DNA from: Candidatus Nomurabacteria bacterium
GTDB lineage: Bacteria > Patescibacteriota > Minisyncoccia > Phycocordibacterales > UBA9973
Reading direction: 5' to 3'
Assembly (NCBI GenBank): GCA_023267195.1
Contig: JAHFNT010000005.1
Span: 80,875 to 127,152 of the forward strand
Length of the DNA stretch: 46,278 nucleotides
Below are positions 8,436-17,017 of this stretch, in pieces (position 1 is the stretch's first letter; each line of letters begins with the position of its first letter). Below the pieces are notes generated by a model. It did no database searches. It was given only the letters and a program-made list of their open reading frames with translations, and had not been told where the DNA came from. The position numbers and the translations under genes are program-made.

Positions 8436-8669
8436 TTACTTAGTCACCATCTTGCCGAGTTTTTTGAGTTTTTCTATTTCTTGCCTGCGCGCCATTCGCT
8501 TGAGCGCACTCTTTTTTACTTTTAGTTTTGATTCTACTCGGACATTATAACGAGCGCCTTTGACTTTGCGAATAATTCCGGATTCTTGAATTCTGCGAGA
8601 AAAGCGGCGCAAGACACTCGCGTTGTTTTCGTTTGGATTTTTCTTAACTTCAATAACTGTTTTTGCCAT
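8436..8669 (-). CDS. rpsU: 30S ribosomal protein bS21-like
   Basis: Basic 77-aa protein, ENNASVLRRFSRRIQESGII. Confidence 0.75.
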   Translation of the reverse strand: MAKTVIEVKKNPNENNASVLRRFSRRIQESGIIRKVKGARYNVRVESKLKVKKSALKRMARRQEIEKLKKLGKMVTK

Positions 8670-8751
8670 ACCTTGTAGACTAACATATAAAAGATTTTTT
8701 GCAAACCGACAACCGAAGGTAAGGAGGTACTGAGCGCAGTGAATGTATTTG

Positions 8752-8792
8752 TTGACAGAATAATAATTGTGTATAGAATGTTTTTAGGAGGT
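8752..8792 (+). promoter_or_regulatory. sigma70 promoter plus perfect Shine-Dalgarno site
   Basis: TTGACA (8752-8757), 16 nt, TAGAAT (8774-8779); AGGAGGT (8786-8792) 7 nt before ATG 8800. Confidence 0.75.
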
Positions 8793-8799
8793 TCTCGTT

Positions 8800-8994
8800 A
8801 TGAGTGAACAGCAGCATCCCGGACTGCGCCATTTGGCGCAGTGGAGTCCGGGGCAAAGCTTCGTTGCCCCGGAGAGCGAGGCGTTCAGGCAAGACAGCAC
8901 CGCTTCCCCGGGGGAAGGCAAGCTTCCCCCGGTGGCGCCCAAGGCGGAGGCGGCAAGCTGGAGTCCCAAACCCAACTACTCCGGCCAGGAGTAG
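8800..8994 (+). CDS. GC-rich orphan small ORF (64 aa, Pro/Ser/Ala-rich) within a highly structured transcript
   Basis: Has its own promoter, SD and terminator; internal peptide repeat SPG...VAPxxEA. Confidence 0.55.
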   Translation: MSEQQHPGLRHLAQWSPGQSFVAPESEAFRQDSTASPGEGKLPPVAPKAEAASWSPKPNYSGQE

Positions 8995-9045
8995 CCACCC
9001 CGATCCCCGCGGGCTAGCCCAGAGGCTAAGCCCATCCCACGTTTC

Positions 9046-9086
9046 GGCCGTGGCCACCTCGCGGTGGTCCACGGCCAATTTTTATT
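9046..9086 (+). terminator. Intrinsic terminator-like hairpin
   Basis: GGCCGTGGCCACC-TCGC-GGTGGTCCACGGCC followed by AATTTTTATT. Confidence 0.7.
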
Positions 9087-9189
9087 GACTTTTTTATAAA
9101 AAAATATAACATTGAAGAGTATAAGCCCCGTTAGAAATCTAATAGCGGGCTTTAGTCGTTTTATTATAGTATTTAAATTTGGCAATGGA

Positions 9190-9657
9190 ATGAATCAAGC
9201 AGGAAATTATATAACCGAAGAAAAAAGACAGGCTCTCTTGGCGGAATTGAAAGATCTAAAAGGCCCAAAAAGAAAAGAACTCTTGGAAGCTTTGGCGTAT
9301 GCGAAATCTTTGGGTGATCTGTCTGAAAATGCGGAGTATCATCAGGCGCGAGAAGAGCAGGGCAAGCTCGAAGCGCGGATCGCGAAAATTGAACAAATAT
9401 TGCAAGACTCAGAAACAGTAAAAGGCGGCGGGGGTGATATAATTGAAATAGGTTCCAAGGTAGTTGTGCAAAAAGATGGCACCAAAGAAACTAAAAATTA
9501 TGTTATAGTTGGATCTGAGGAGGCGAGCATGGCTGAAGGAAAAATCTCCAATAAATCTCCCTTTGGCAAGGCGCTTTTCAACAAGAAGAAAGGAGATGAG
9601 GTCTCTTTCAAAACTCCGGGTGGTGTAGTCAATTATAAAATCGTAAATGTTTCTTAA
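9190..9657 (+). CDS. greA: Transcription elongation factor GreA
   Basis: GDLSENAEYHQAREEQ, ISNKSPFGKAL; ATG 9190 preferred. Confidence 0.96.
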   Translation: MNQAGNYITEEKRQALLAELKDLKGPKRKELLEALAYAKSLGDLSENAEYHQAREEQGKLEARIAKIEQILQDSETVKGGGGDIIEIGSKVVVQKDGTKETKNYVIVGSEEASMAEGKISNKSPFGKALFNKKKGDEVSFKTPGGVVNYKIVNVS

Positions 9658-9659
9658 TT

Positions 9660-9689
9660 TCCGCCAAAGGCGGATCAGCCTCTGGCTGA
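9660..9689. repeat. Tandem 15-bp mini-palindromes between greA and lysS
   Basis: TCCGCC-AAA-GGCGGA followed immediately by TCAGCC-TCT-GGCTGA. Confidence 0.7.
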
Positions 9690-9695
9690 AAAATT

Positions 9696-11156
9696 ATGTC
9701 TTCAATTGATGAAATTCGGGACACTAGAATAAAAAAACTAAAACTCTTACAAGACAGAGGCATGAATCCGTATCCAGCTGATTCAAAAAGAGAACTTACT
9801 TTGAAAGAGGCAGTTGATAATTTTGAAACCTTAGAAAAAAATAAAGAAAATAAATGGATTGCCGGCCGCATCATATCCATTCGCGGGCAAGGCGCTATCG
9901 TTTTTATTACTTTGAATGATGGTACTGGAACTTTTCAAGGATTACTGAAAAAAGATATTTTGGGAAACGAGAAATTTGATTTCTGGAGTGAAGTCGTAGA
10001 TATTGGAGATTTTGTCGAAGTGGAGGGTTCATTTTTTACGACCAATAGGGGAGAAAAAACACTGGAAGTCAGAGATTGGCGCATGCTCTCGAAGAGCTTG
10101 CGTCCTTTACCGGAAAAGTGGCATGGACTTGTAGACATTGAAGAAAGATTTCGCAAAAGATATCTGGATATTTTGATGAATCCGGAAATCAAAGAGCTTC
10201 TTTTGAAAAAATCAAAATTTTGGGAAACCACGCGCAATTTTATGAAGGAACATGGGTTTTTAGAAGTGGAAACTCCGACTTTGGAAGTCACGACTGGCGG
10301 AGCGGAAGCTACTCCGTTTAAGACTTATAATGAAGATTTTAAACTCCCGCTTTATTTGCGTATTTCGATCGGTGAGCTTTGGCAGAAAAGGTTGATGTCC
10401 GCAGGTTTTCCTAAAACTTTTGAGATAGGACGCGCTTATCGGAATGAAGGTTCTGACGCCAATCACTTGCAAGAATTTACAAATATGGAATTTTATTGGG
10501 CTTATGCAAATTACAAAGACGGCATGAAATTGGTAGAAGAGCTTTATAAAAAAATAGCGCAAGAAGTTTTCGGCACTTTGCAATTTGAAACACGTGGGCA
10601 TAAGTTTGATTTTGGTGGCAAATGGGAATGCATTGATTATCGCGAGACGGTCAAAAAGGAAACTGGTGTAGACATTTTGAATACGACTTACGAAGAAGTA
10701 AAAGATAAGTTGGAAGATTTAAAAGTTTCCTATGATGGTAATACTATGGAAAGACTAGTAGATACGCTTTGGAAATATTGTCGAAGAAAAATTTCTGGTC
10801 CGGTATTTTTGATTGGGCATCCAAAACTTGTTTCTCCACTATCAAAATCAATGCCGGAGAATCCTGAATTGACCGAAAGATTTCAGATTATCATTGCTGG
10901 TTCAGAAGTAGGCAACGGTTTTTCTGAATTAAATGATCCGATTGATCAAGCCGAAAGATTTGAAACCCAACAAGAATTAATCAAAGCAGGGGATAAAGAA
11001 GCAATGATGCCAGATTTAGAATTTGTGGAAATGTTGGAACATGGTATGCCACCTACTTGCGGTTTTGGCTTTGGAGAAATGCTCTTTGCTTTCTTGGCAG
11101 ATAAACCGATTCGCGAAACTCAAATGTTTCCTTTGATGCGACCGACTAAAGAGTAA
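9696..11156 (+). CDS. lysS: Lysine--tRNA ligase (class II)
   Basis: OB-fold N-terminus, LPEKWHGL, RFRKRYLD, FLEVETP, YRNEG, GMPPT. Confidence 0.96.
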   Translation: MSSIDEIRDTRIKKLKLLQDRGMNPYPADSKRELTLKEAVDNFETLEKNKENKWIAGRIISIRGQGAIVFITLNDGTGTFQGLLKKDILGNEKFDFWSEVVDIGDFVEVEGSFFTTNRGEKTLEVRDWRMLSKSLRPLPEKWHGLVDIEERFRKRYLDILMNPEIKELLLKKSKFWETTRNFMKEHGFLEVETPTLEVTTGGAEATPFKTYNEDFKLPLYLRISIGELWQKRLMSAGFPKTFEIGRAYRNEGSDANHLQEFTNMEFYWAYANYKDGMKLVEELYKKIAQEVFGTLQFETRGHKFDFGGKWECIDYRETVKKETGVDILNTTYEEVKDKLEDLKVSYDGNTMERLVDTLWKYCRRKISGPVFLIGHPKLVSPLSKSMPENPELTERFQIIIAGSEVGNGFSELNDPIDQAERFETQQELIKAGDKEAMMPDLEFVEMLEHGMPPTCGFGFGEMLFAFLADKPIRETQMFPLMRPTKE

Positions 11157-11172
11157 AAAATTTTAGAAACGA

Positions 11173-11200
11173 CGATGCCCCGAGCGCGAGGCATCGGGGC
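11173..11200 (-). terminator. GC-rich hairpin downstream of the 43-aa ORF, convergent with lysS
   Basis: CGATGCCCCGAGCGCGAGGCATCGGGGC with alternative stems, then a T-rich run on the minus strand. Confidence 0.55.
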
Positions 11201-11226
11201 GGCTTGATGAAGAGCGTCAGGTTGGG

Positions 11227-11358
11227 TTATTGAACATTCTCCTCGTTTTCTTCTGTTCTGTCGGTGGTGATCATGAGGTAAACCTGCCACAGAGCATAGA
11301 CGGCGAGGGGGATGAAAGGAAGGAAAGCGATCGCAAGGACCACTGCGAATACTTTCAT
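11227..11358 (-). CDS. 43-aa single-TM orphan, absent from the ORF track
   Basis: MKVFAVVLAIAFLPFIPLAVYALWQVYLMITTDRTEENEENVQ; SD AAGGAG upstream and hairpin downstream. Confidence 0.7.
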   Translation of the reverse strand: MKVFAVVLAIAFLPFIPLAVYALWQVYLMITTDRTEENEENVQ

Positions 11359-11549
11359 TGTTCAATCTCCTTCTTCAAACATTTAAACATTTACTAAATA
11401 TTTTGTCCAATTTTTGGTTTTTGAGTTTTCAATATATAAAAATTATACCCATAAAAAACAACAACCCCGAATGCGGAGCAGTCGAGGAGCTTTTTGCTTT
11501 TTTTATTGTGTTTGATTGTATTGTAAAGAAAGAACTTTGTTGGGGCGGC

Positions 11550-11581
11550 GCCCCCGCTCGGGCTTCCGCCCGAGCGGGGGC
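11550..11581 (-). terminator. Perfect 14-bp GC hairpin with a GGAA loop (minus strand) after the two-gene cassette
   Basis: GCCCCCGCTCGGGC-TTCC-GCCCGAGCGGGGGC on plus. Confidence 0.65.
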
Positions 11582-11596
11582 AGATGGGGGTGAGAG

Positions 11597-11809
11597 CTAC
11601 TCGTCCACGAGAAGCTTCACGGCGAAGCGAGCCTTCTTCATCTTGCTGAAGTCTTCACCATTCCCGCCGTGGATGGTGAAGATGTTCCGGCCCGGAAGAA
11701 CGTAGTTGACATTCTTCCCGAGTAGTGAGGAGAGGGCACTGGCGATTTCTCTTGTGCTCATACTCCTCGGCCCGCTTAGGACCTGGATTGAGGGGTTGGT
11801 TTTTTTCAT
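11597..11809 (-). CDS. GC-rich orphan small protein (70 aa)
   Basis: SD AGGAGA just upstream of ATG; follows the 80-aa ORF after 15 nt. Confidence 0.7.
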   Translation of the reverse strand: MKKTNPSIQVLSGPRSMSTREIASALSSLLGKNVNYVLPGRNIFTIHGGNGEDFSKMKKARFAVKLLVDE

Positions 11810-11824
11810 GTTGTCTCCTATCTC

Positions 11825-12067
11825 TCACTTGGGCTTGAGGTAGTCGGAGTGGAGCATGAGAGGCGATTCACCACCGCTGTTGTTCAACACGGAGCCCCCT
11901 CTCTCCACGGTCAGTAGCCAGCATCCTTTGATTGGTTCTAGTGATCTGACGGAGCGTATGACGAACGGGTTTTCGCCATACAGTTTCGCAAGGCTCGCAA
12001 CCAAGCGTGACCACCGTTTCTTGTCCCACTCTACGACCTGACCCACCTGGGGTTCTGAAATGAACAT
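11825..12067 (-). CDS. GC-rich orphan small protein (80 aa), possibly an SH3-like beta barrel
   Basis: SD AAGGAGG; promoter TTGACT-17-TAATAA at 12123-12095; PQVGQVVEW...FVIRSV...LLTV pattern. Confidence 0.7.
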   Translation of the reverse strand: MFISEPQVGQVVEWDKKRWSRLVASLAKLYGENPFVIRSVRSLEPIKGCWLLTVERGGSVLNNSGGESPLMLHSDYLKPK

Positions 12068-12152
12068 TCTCTTCGCCCTCCTTCTTCGGAAGAATTATTA
12101 CCATGTTTAACCATTTTAGTCAATAAAACTTTATTTTTTAATAAAACGAAAG

Positions 12153-12161
12153 TTATCCACA
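12153..12161 (+). promoter_or_regulatory. Perfect DnaA-box 9-mer upstream of mraZ
   Basis: TTATCCACA. Confidence 0.5.
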
Positions 12162-12186
12162 GTCTGGGCTTGGCGTTATTTTATAA

Positions 12187-12232
12187 GTGGAATACAATAT
12201 ATATGAAGTGGGAAAAGGTGGGAAAAGTGTTA
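12187..12232 (+). promoter_or_regulatory. MraZ-binding-type GTGG repeats
   Basis: GTGGAA 12187, GTGGGA 12208, GTGGGA 12218, GTGTTA 12227; roughly 10-bp phasing upstream of mraZ. Confidence 0.75.
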
Positions 12233-12254
12233 ATAATAATTTTTCAGAAATTTT

Positions 12255-12698
12255 ATGTTAATCGGCGAATACATTCATACCATAGATGAAAAAAATAGAA
12301 TTTCTTTGCCGGTAAAATTTCGCAAGGAACTTGGTAAGAAAATTATTATTACACCCGGACTGGATTCTTGTCTTTTTATTTTTACAACCAAAGAATGGGC
12401 CAAAGTCAGCAAAAGACTTTCTGATACCGAATCTGATTTGTCTTTTTTGAAAGCTGATAAGAGAAGTTTTAACAGATTTATGTTTGGTCGGGCGACGGAT
12501 GTGGAGGTGGATTCCATTGGCAGGATATTAATACCAGATTTTTTGAAAGACAGAATTGGTTTGAAAAATTCCGCAGCGATCATAGGAGTGGAAGATAGGG
12601 TTGAAATCTGGAACGATAAGACATGGTCGGAGTATAAGGAAGTAGTGGAAAAGCAGGCCGATCAATTGGCGGAAAAGCTTGGAAACGAAAAGAAATAA
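12255..12698 (+). CDS. mraZ: Division/cell wall cluster transcriptional repressor MraZ
   Basis: GEYIHTIDEKNRISLP, DSIGRILIP, DRVEIW. Confidence 0.97.
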   Translation: MLIGEYIHTIDEKNRISLPVKFRKELGKKIIITPGLDSCLFIFTTKEWAKVSKRLSDTESDLSFLKADKRSFNRFMFGRATDVEVDSIGRILIPDFLKDRIGLKNSAAIIGVEDRVEIWNDKTWSEYKEVVEKQADQLAEKLGNEKK

Positions 12699-12699
12699 G

Positions 12700-13593
12700 A
12701 TGGCCTTGCCTGTAGGACAACAGCCGAAGGAGAGTGTTCACAAGACAGTTCTTTTAAATGAAACAATAGATGGTCTTGATTTAACAGGGAATCCAATTGT
12801 TCTCGATGCTACTTTCGGAGGTGGCGGACATAGCATGGAGATACTGAGAAGATTTGGGAATGCAAAAATAATTGCGTTTGATCAGGATAAAAGCGCCTGG
12901 AGAGAAAACGATAGACGAATTTCTTTCCAGAATGAAAATTTCGCTCAAATAAATAAAATTTTAAAAAGCGAAAAAGTTGATGGAATTATTTTTGATTTAG
13001 GTTTGAGTTCAGATCAATTAGAGAATTCTGGACGAGGATTTTCTTTCCTGAAAGATGAGCCTTTGCTCATGACCATGAAAGAAAATCCTCTTTCGGAAGA
13101 TATTACGGCAGGAGAAATCGTTAATACTTGGGGAGAGAAAAGTTTGGCAGATATTATCTACGGCTACGGAGAAGAGAGGTATGCAAGGAGGATAGCGAAA
13201 GCGATTGTGGAGGCTAGGCAAAAGGGAGAAATTAAAACCACTTTTGATTTAGTAAAAATAATAAGTGAGGCAGTGCCAGCAGTTTACAGAAGGGGGAGAT
13301 TGCACTTCGCGACGAGAACCTTCCAGTCTCTAAGAATAGCGGTCAACGATGAATTGCGAGTTTTGCAAAAGGGGCTCGAAGAAGGGTTTAAAGCGTTGAA
13401 AGCAGGGGGCAGGATGTCAGTAATTTCTTTTCACAGCCTAGAAGATAGAGTAGTTAAGAAATTTTACAAAGCACTAGAGAAAGAGAAAAAAGCAATTTTA
13501 ATAAATAAGAAACCAATTATAGCGAGCGCAGAAGAAATAAAAAATAATCCCCGAGCGAGAAGCGCAAAGTTAAGAATTTTGGAAAAAATTTAA
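12700..13593 (+). CDS. rsmH: 16S rRNA m4C1402 methyltransferase RsmH
   Basis: HKTVLL, DATFGGGGHS, DLGLSS, ISFHSLEDR, NPRARSAKLR. Confidence 0.97.
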   Translation: MALPVGQQPKESVHKTVLLNETIDGLDLTGNPIVLDATFGGGGHSMEILRRFGNAKIIAFDQDKSAWRENDRRISFQNENFAQINKILKSEKVDGIIFDLGLSSDQLENSGRGFSFLKDEPLLMTMKENPLSEDITAGEIVNTWGEKSLADIIYGYGEERYARRIAKAIVEARQKGEIKTTFDLVKIISEAVPAVYRRGRLHFATRTFQSLRIAVNDELRVLQKGLEEGFKALKAGGRMSVISFHSLEDRVVKKFYKALEKEKKAILINKKPIIASAEEIKNNPRARSAKLRILEKI

Positions 13594-13598
13594 AAGAT

Positions 13599-13955
13599 AT
13601 GAGACAAGCAGCATTACAACTGAAGACTCGCATAGAAAACGTAAATATTATGAATAATAATATTGAAATACAGAGTGTTATTTTGAAGGTAATGCTGTCT
13701 CTGATAGCAATGCTCGCACTTTGGTATGTACTTATTTTAGGAAATATGGTCTTTAATATTGTGGAAAGAAATGCTTTGGAAAAAAGGGCAGTATCACTTT
13801 CAAATGAAGTTGGCGATTTGGAGCTTTCCTATTTATCTATTTCCAAGGATGTGGATATTTCAATGTCAGCTTCTATGGGATTTAAAGAAGCAAAGGTGAT
13901 CTTCGCCACCCGTAAATCTCTTGGTACTCTAAAACTTGCTCACAATGAAATCTAG
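13599..13955 (+). CDS. FtsL-like single-TM coiled-coil protein
   Basis: Position between rsmH and the PBP gene; TM helix followed by coiled coil. Confidence 0.6.
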   Translation: MRQAALQLKTRIENVNIMNNNIEIQSVILKVMLSLIAMLALWYVLILGNMVFNIVERNALEKRAVSLSNEVGDLELSYLSISKDVDISMSASMGFKEAKVIFATRKSLGTLKLAHNEI

Positions 13956-15660
13956 TTTTTTGCTCAGATCCAGAATAATTCTCTTGTTTGTCATAGTTTT
14001 CGCAGGTATCCTTCTGGTGAAACTTTTTTTTGTGCAGATTGTAGAGAAAGATACCTATAGAGAAGCGGCCAATCGCCAATATGCCACGCCTTCTACCAAT
14101 ATTTATGAACGGGGCACCATTTATTTCGAAACCAAAGATGGAAACTTGGTTTCGGCCGCTACGCAGACTTCAGGATTTAAGTTGGCCATTAATCCAGAGA
14201 AAATTACAGACATAGAATCCACTTACCAAAAATTATCGGAAGTAATAGCAATTGACCGTGATAATTTTACCAAAAAAGCACAACAGAAAAATGATCCTTA
14301 CGAAGAAATCACCAGTCATTTATCCAAGGCGGAGGCGGATGCTATTGCCGGTCTGAAGATTTCAGGTGTAAACGTGTATAAGGAAAAGTGGCGTTTTTAT
14401 CCCGGAGGAAGCATGGCTTCGCATGAGCTTGGTTTTGTGGGCTATAAGGGCGACCAATTGGGTGGGCGTTATGGTCTGGAGAGACAATATGAGTCTTATC
14501 TTTCGAGAGATGCGAATAATCCATATGTAAATTTTTTTGCTGAAGTTTTTTCTAATATACATGAAACTTTATTTGAAGACGAGACAAAGGAGGGAAACAT
14601 TGTCACCACCATTGAACCGCAAGTGCAAGGTTTTCTAGAGAAGAAATTGGCAGAAGTTGAAGAAAAATATAAAACTGACTCGATCGGCGGCATAATCATG
14701 AATCCAAGCGATGGTTCTATCTATGCCATGTCTTCCTCTCCATCATTTGACCCGAATAATTTTTCTCAAGTGAAAAATATTTCAGTTTTTTCGAATCCAT
14801 TGGTGGAAAATGTTCTTGAATTTGGATCTGTGGTGAAGCCTCTGGTAATGGCGGCAGCCCTCGATGCTGGGGTTGTAACAGCGGATACCACCTACAACGA
14901 CAAAGGCTCGGTAGTTGTGGAGAAAAAAGAAATATTCAATTTTGATAAACAAGGCAGAGGTCCTGGTACAACCATGCAAGAAGTATTGAGCCAGTCGCTC
15001 AATACTGGCATGGTATTTGTAGAGCAGAAATTAGGCAAAGAGAAATTGCGCGATTATTTGCTTGGTTTTGGCATTAAGGAGAAGACAGGTATAGATTTGC
15101 CCAACGAAACTGCAGGCTTGGTGTCGGGAATATTAAAAAGTCCACGAGAAATAGAATATGCGAATGCTGCTTTTGGTCAGGGTATTGCTCTTACTCCAGT
15201 GGGGCTAGTGAGGGCGCTTGCCTCGCTTGGTAATGGGGGGAATTTAGTAGTTCCTCATGTTGCGAAAAAAATAAAATACAACGATGGCACCTCTAAGGAT
15301 CTTGTTTACGCGACAACGCTGACGAAGATTGCCAAGGTAACTTCTGAGGAAATTACGCGAATGTTAGTAAATGTTATGGACAAAGGTTTATCCGGAGGAA
15401 CAAAAAAGTTGGATCATTTTAGCGTGGCAGTAAAAACTGGTACGGCGCAAGTTGCGGACAACACTACTGGAGGCTATTATACAGACAGGCACAATCATTC
15501 TTTTTTTGGTTATTTTCCCGCCTATGATCCGAAATTTATAGTTTTTCTTTACGCTATAAATCCGAAAGGTGTACCCTATGCCGCGACGACTTGGGCCGAC
15601 CCTTTTTTAGATATCACGAAATTTTTGTTAAATTATTATAATATTCCCCCAGATAGATAA
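13945..15660 (+). CDS. ftsI: Class B penicillin-binding protein (FtsI-like)
   Basis: N-terminal TM, RGTIY, SVVK (SxxK), SLN (SxN), KTGTAQ. Confidence 0.88.
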   Translation: MKSSFLLRSRIILLFVIVFAGILLVKLFFVQIVEKDTYREAANRQYATPSTNIYERGTIYFETKDGNLVSAATQTSGFKLAINPEKITDIESTYQKLSEVIAIDRDNFTKKAQQKNDPYEEITSHLSKAEADAIAGLKISGVNVYKEKWRFYPGGSMASHELGFVGYKGDQLGGRYGLERQYESYLSRDANNPYVNFFAEVFSNIHETLFEDETKEGNIVTTIEPQVQGFLEKKLAEVEEKYKTDSIGGIIMNPSDGSIYAMSSSPSFDPNNFSQVKNISVFSNPLVENVLEFGSVVKPLVMAAALDAGVVTADTTYNDKGSVVVEKKEIFNFDKQGRGPGTTMQEVLSQSLNTGMVFVEQKLGKEKLRDYLLGFGIKEKTGIDLPNETAGLVSGILKSPREIEYANAAFGQGIALTPVGLVRALASLGNGGNLVVPHVAKKIKYNDGTSKDLVYATTLTKIAKVTSEEITRMLVNVMDKGLSGGTKKLDHFSVAVKTGTAQVADNTTGGYYTDRHNHSFFGYFPAYDPKFIVFLYAINPKGVPYAATTWADPFLDITKFLLNYYNIPPDR

Positions 15661-15679
15661 TTAATTTAAGAATTAAAAA

Positions 15680-17005
15680 ATGCGTATATTTTTTAAAAAA
15701 ATAATAACCTATATTCTAAAAATAGAATCCGAACTTGTACTATATAAATACAAACCGAAAATTGTCGCTATTACTGGGTCGGTCGGCAAGACTTCTACTA
15801 AAGATGCGGTCTATGCGGTGCTTTCAAAAATTTCTTATGTGCGAAAAAGCGAAAAAAGTTTTAATAGCGAGATAGGTTTGCCACTTACTATTTTAGGTGT
15901 CCCCAACGGGTGGAACCACCCATTTATTTGGTTACTTAATATTTTAAAGGGTTTTTGGCTTTTTCTTTGGCCCCACAAATACCCTAAATGGCTTGTGCTT
16001 GAAGTTGGAATCGGCAAGCCAGGTGACATGAAAGCCACTGCCTTATGGCTTAAGACCGATGCGGTAATAATTACCACTATTGGCGAAACCCCGGTTCATA
16101 TTGAATTTTTCAATTCTCGCCGGCATCTCATAGAAGAAAAAATGGAACTTATAAAAACTTTAAAAAAGGACGGTTTCTTAATTTTGAATAGAGATGATGA
16201 AGCAGTGCTTGAAATGAAGAACAAAAGCAAAAATCTTTTCACCACTTATGGTTTTGTAGAAGGAGCGAATATTTTAGCTTCCGGTGATAGTATTTTTTAC
16301 AACAATGACGGTGAGCCGGAGGGGATAGTTTTTAGGATTGACCACGAAGGAAAAAGTTTGCCAGTGGTCATAGATGGAGTGTTTGGGCGCAATCACGTCT
16401 ATGCTTCTTTAGCTGCCTTGGCTCTTGCGTCAGCTTTGAAGTTAAATATGCTCGAAGCTGTAGAGGCGCTAAAGAGCTATGAGATTCCTCTCGGGCGGAT
16501 GCGACTTCTTCGAGGAATAGAGAATTCTTTAATTATTGATGATACCTACAATTCTTCTCCTTCGGCGTGCGAAGCTGCGCTAAAAACTCTAAAAGAAATA
16601 AAATGTAAAGAGCCGAAGGGACGAAAGATCGCCATTTTGGGAGATATGCTCGAACTTGGGCGTAATACTATGGAGGCGCATAAAAATATTGGCAAAATTG
16701 CCAAAGAAAATGCCGATGTGCTTGTCGTAGTTGGTCAAAGAGCGAAGGGAATAAAAGAAGGGGCCATCGAAGCAGGAATGCAAGAGGGAAAATCACCAGA
16801 TAGCAGGACCGGCTTTTTTGAATTTTTGGATTCGTCTGAGGCGGGAAATTTTATAAAAACTTTTGTGCGAAAAGGGGATATTGTTTTGGTGAAAGGTTCA
16901 CAGGGTATGCGTATGGAGCGTACCGTAGAGGCAATACTCCTTGATCAAGCAAATAAAAAAAATCTTCTCGTCCGGCAGGATGCTGAATGGCTGAAAAAGA
17001 AATAA
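15680..17005 (+). CDS. murF: UDP-MurNAc-tripeptide--D-Ala-D-Ala ligase
   Basis: ITGSVGKTSTK, NSEIGLPLT, DDTYNSSP, LGDMLELG, LVKGS. Confidence 0.92.
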   Translation: MRIFFKKIITYILKIESELVLYKYKPKIVAITGSVGKTSTKDAVYAVLSKISYVRKSEKSFNSEIGLPLTILGVPNGWNHPFIWLLNILKGFWLFLWPHKYPKWLVLEVGIGKPGDMKATALWLKTDAVIITTIGETPVHIEFFNSRRHLIEEKMELIKTLKKDGFLILNRDDEAVLEMKNKSKNLFTTYGFVEGANILASGDSIFYNNDGEPEGIVFRIDHEGKSLPVVIDGVFGRNHVYASLAALALASALKLNMLEAVEALKSYEIPLGRMRLLRGIENSLIIDDTYNSSPSACEAALKTLKEIKCKEPKGRKIAILGDMLELGRNTMEAHKNIGKIAKENADVLVVVGQRAKGIKEGAIEAGMQEGKSPDSRTGFFEFLDSSEAGNFIKTFVRKGDIVLVKGSQGMRMERTVEAILLDQANKKNLLVRQDAEWLKKK

Positions 17006-17017
17006 AGCTTCTCAATT

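Noticed and set aside
8786..9076. RNase P RNA, tmRNA or SRP RNA identity for the GC-rich unit
   Set aside because: No GAGGAAAGTCC, no tRNA-like ends and no SRP helix-8 motif on either strand by eye; an Infernal search is still needed.
8680..9088. Alternative ORFs 8680-9078 (-), 8784-8975 (-) and 8804-9088 (+)
   Set aside because: Expected by-products of high GC; the promoter, SD spacing and terminator fit only the 8800-8994 frame.
2439..12161. DnaA boxes as oriC
   Set aside because: Two isolated boxes 10 kb apart, with no cluster and no dnaA/dnaN nearby.
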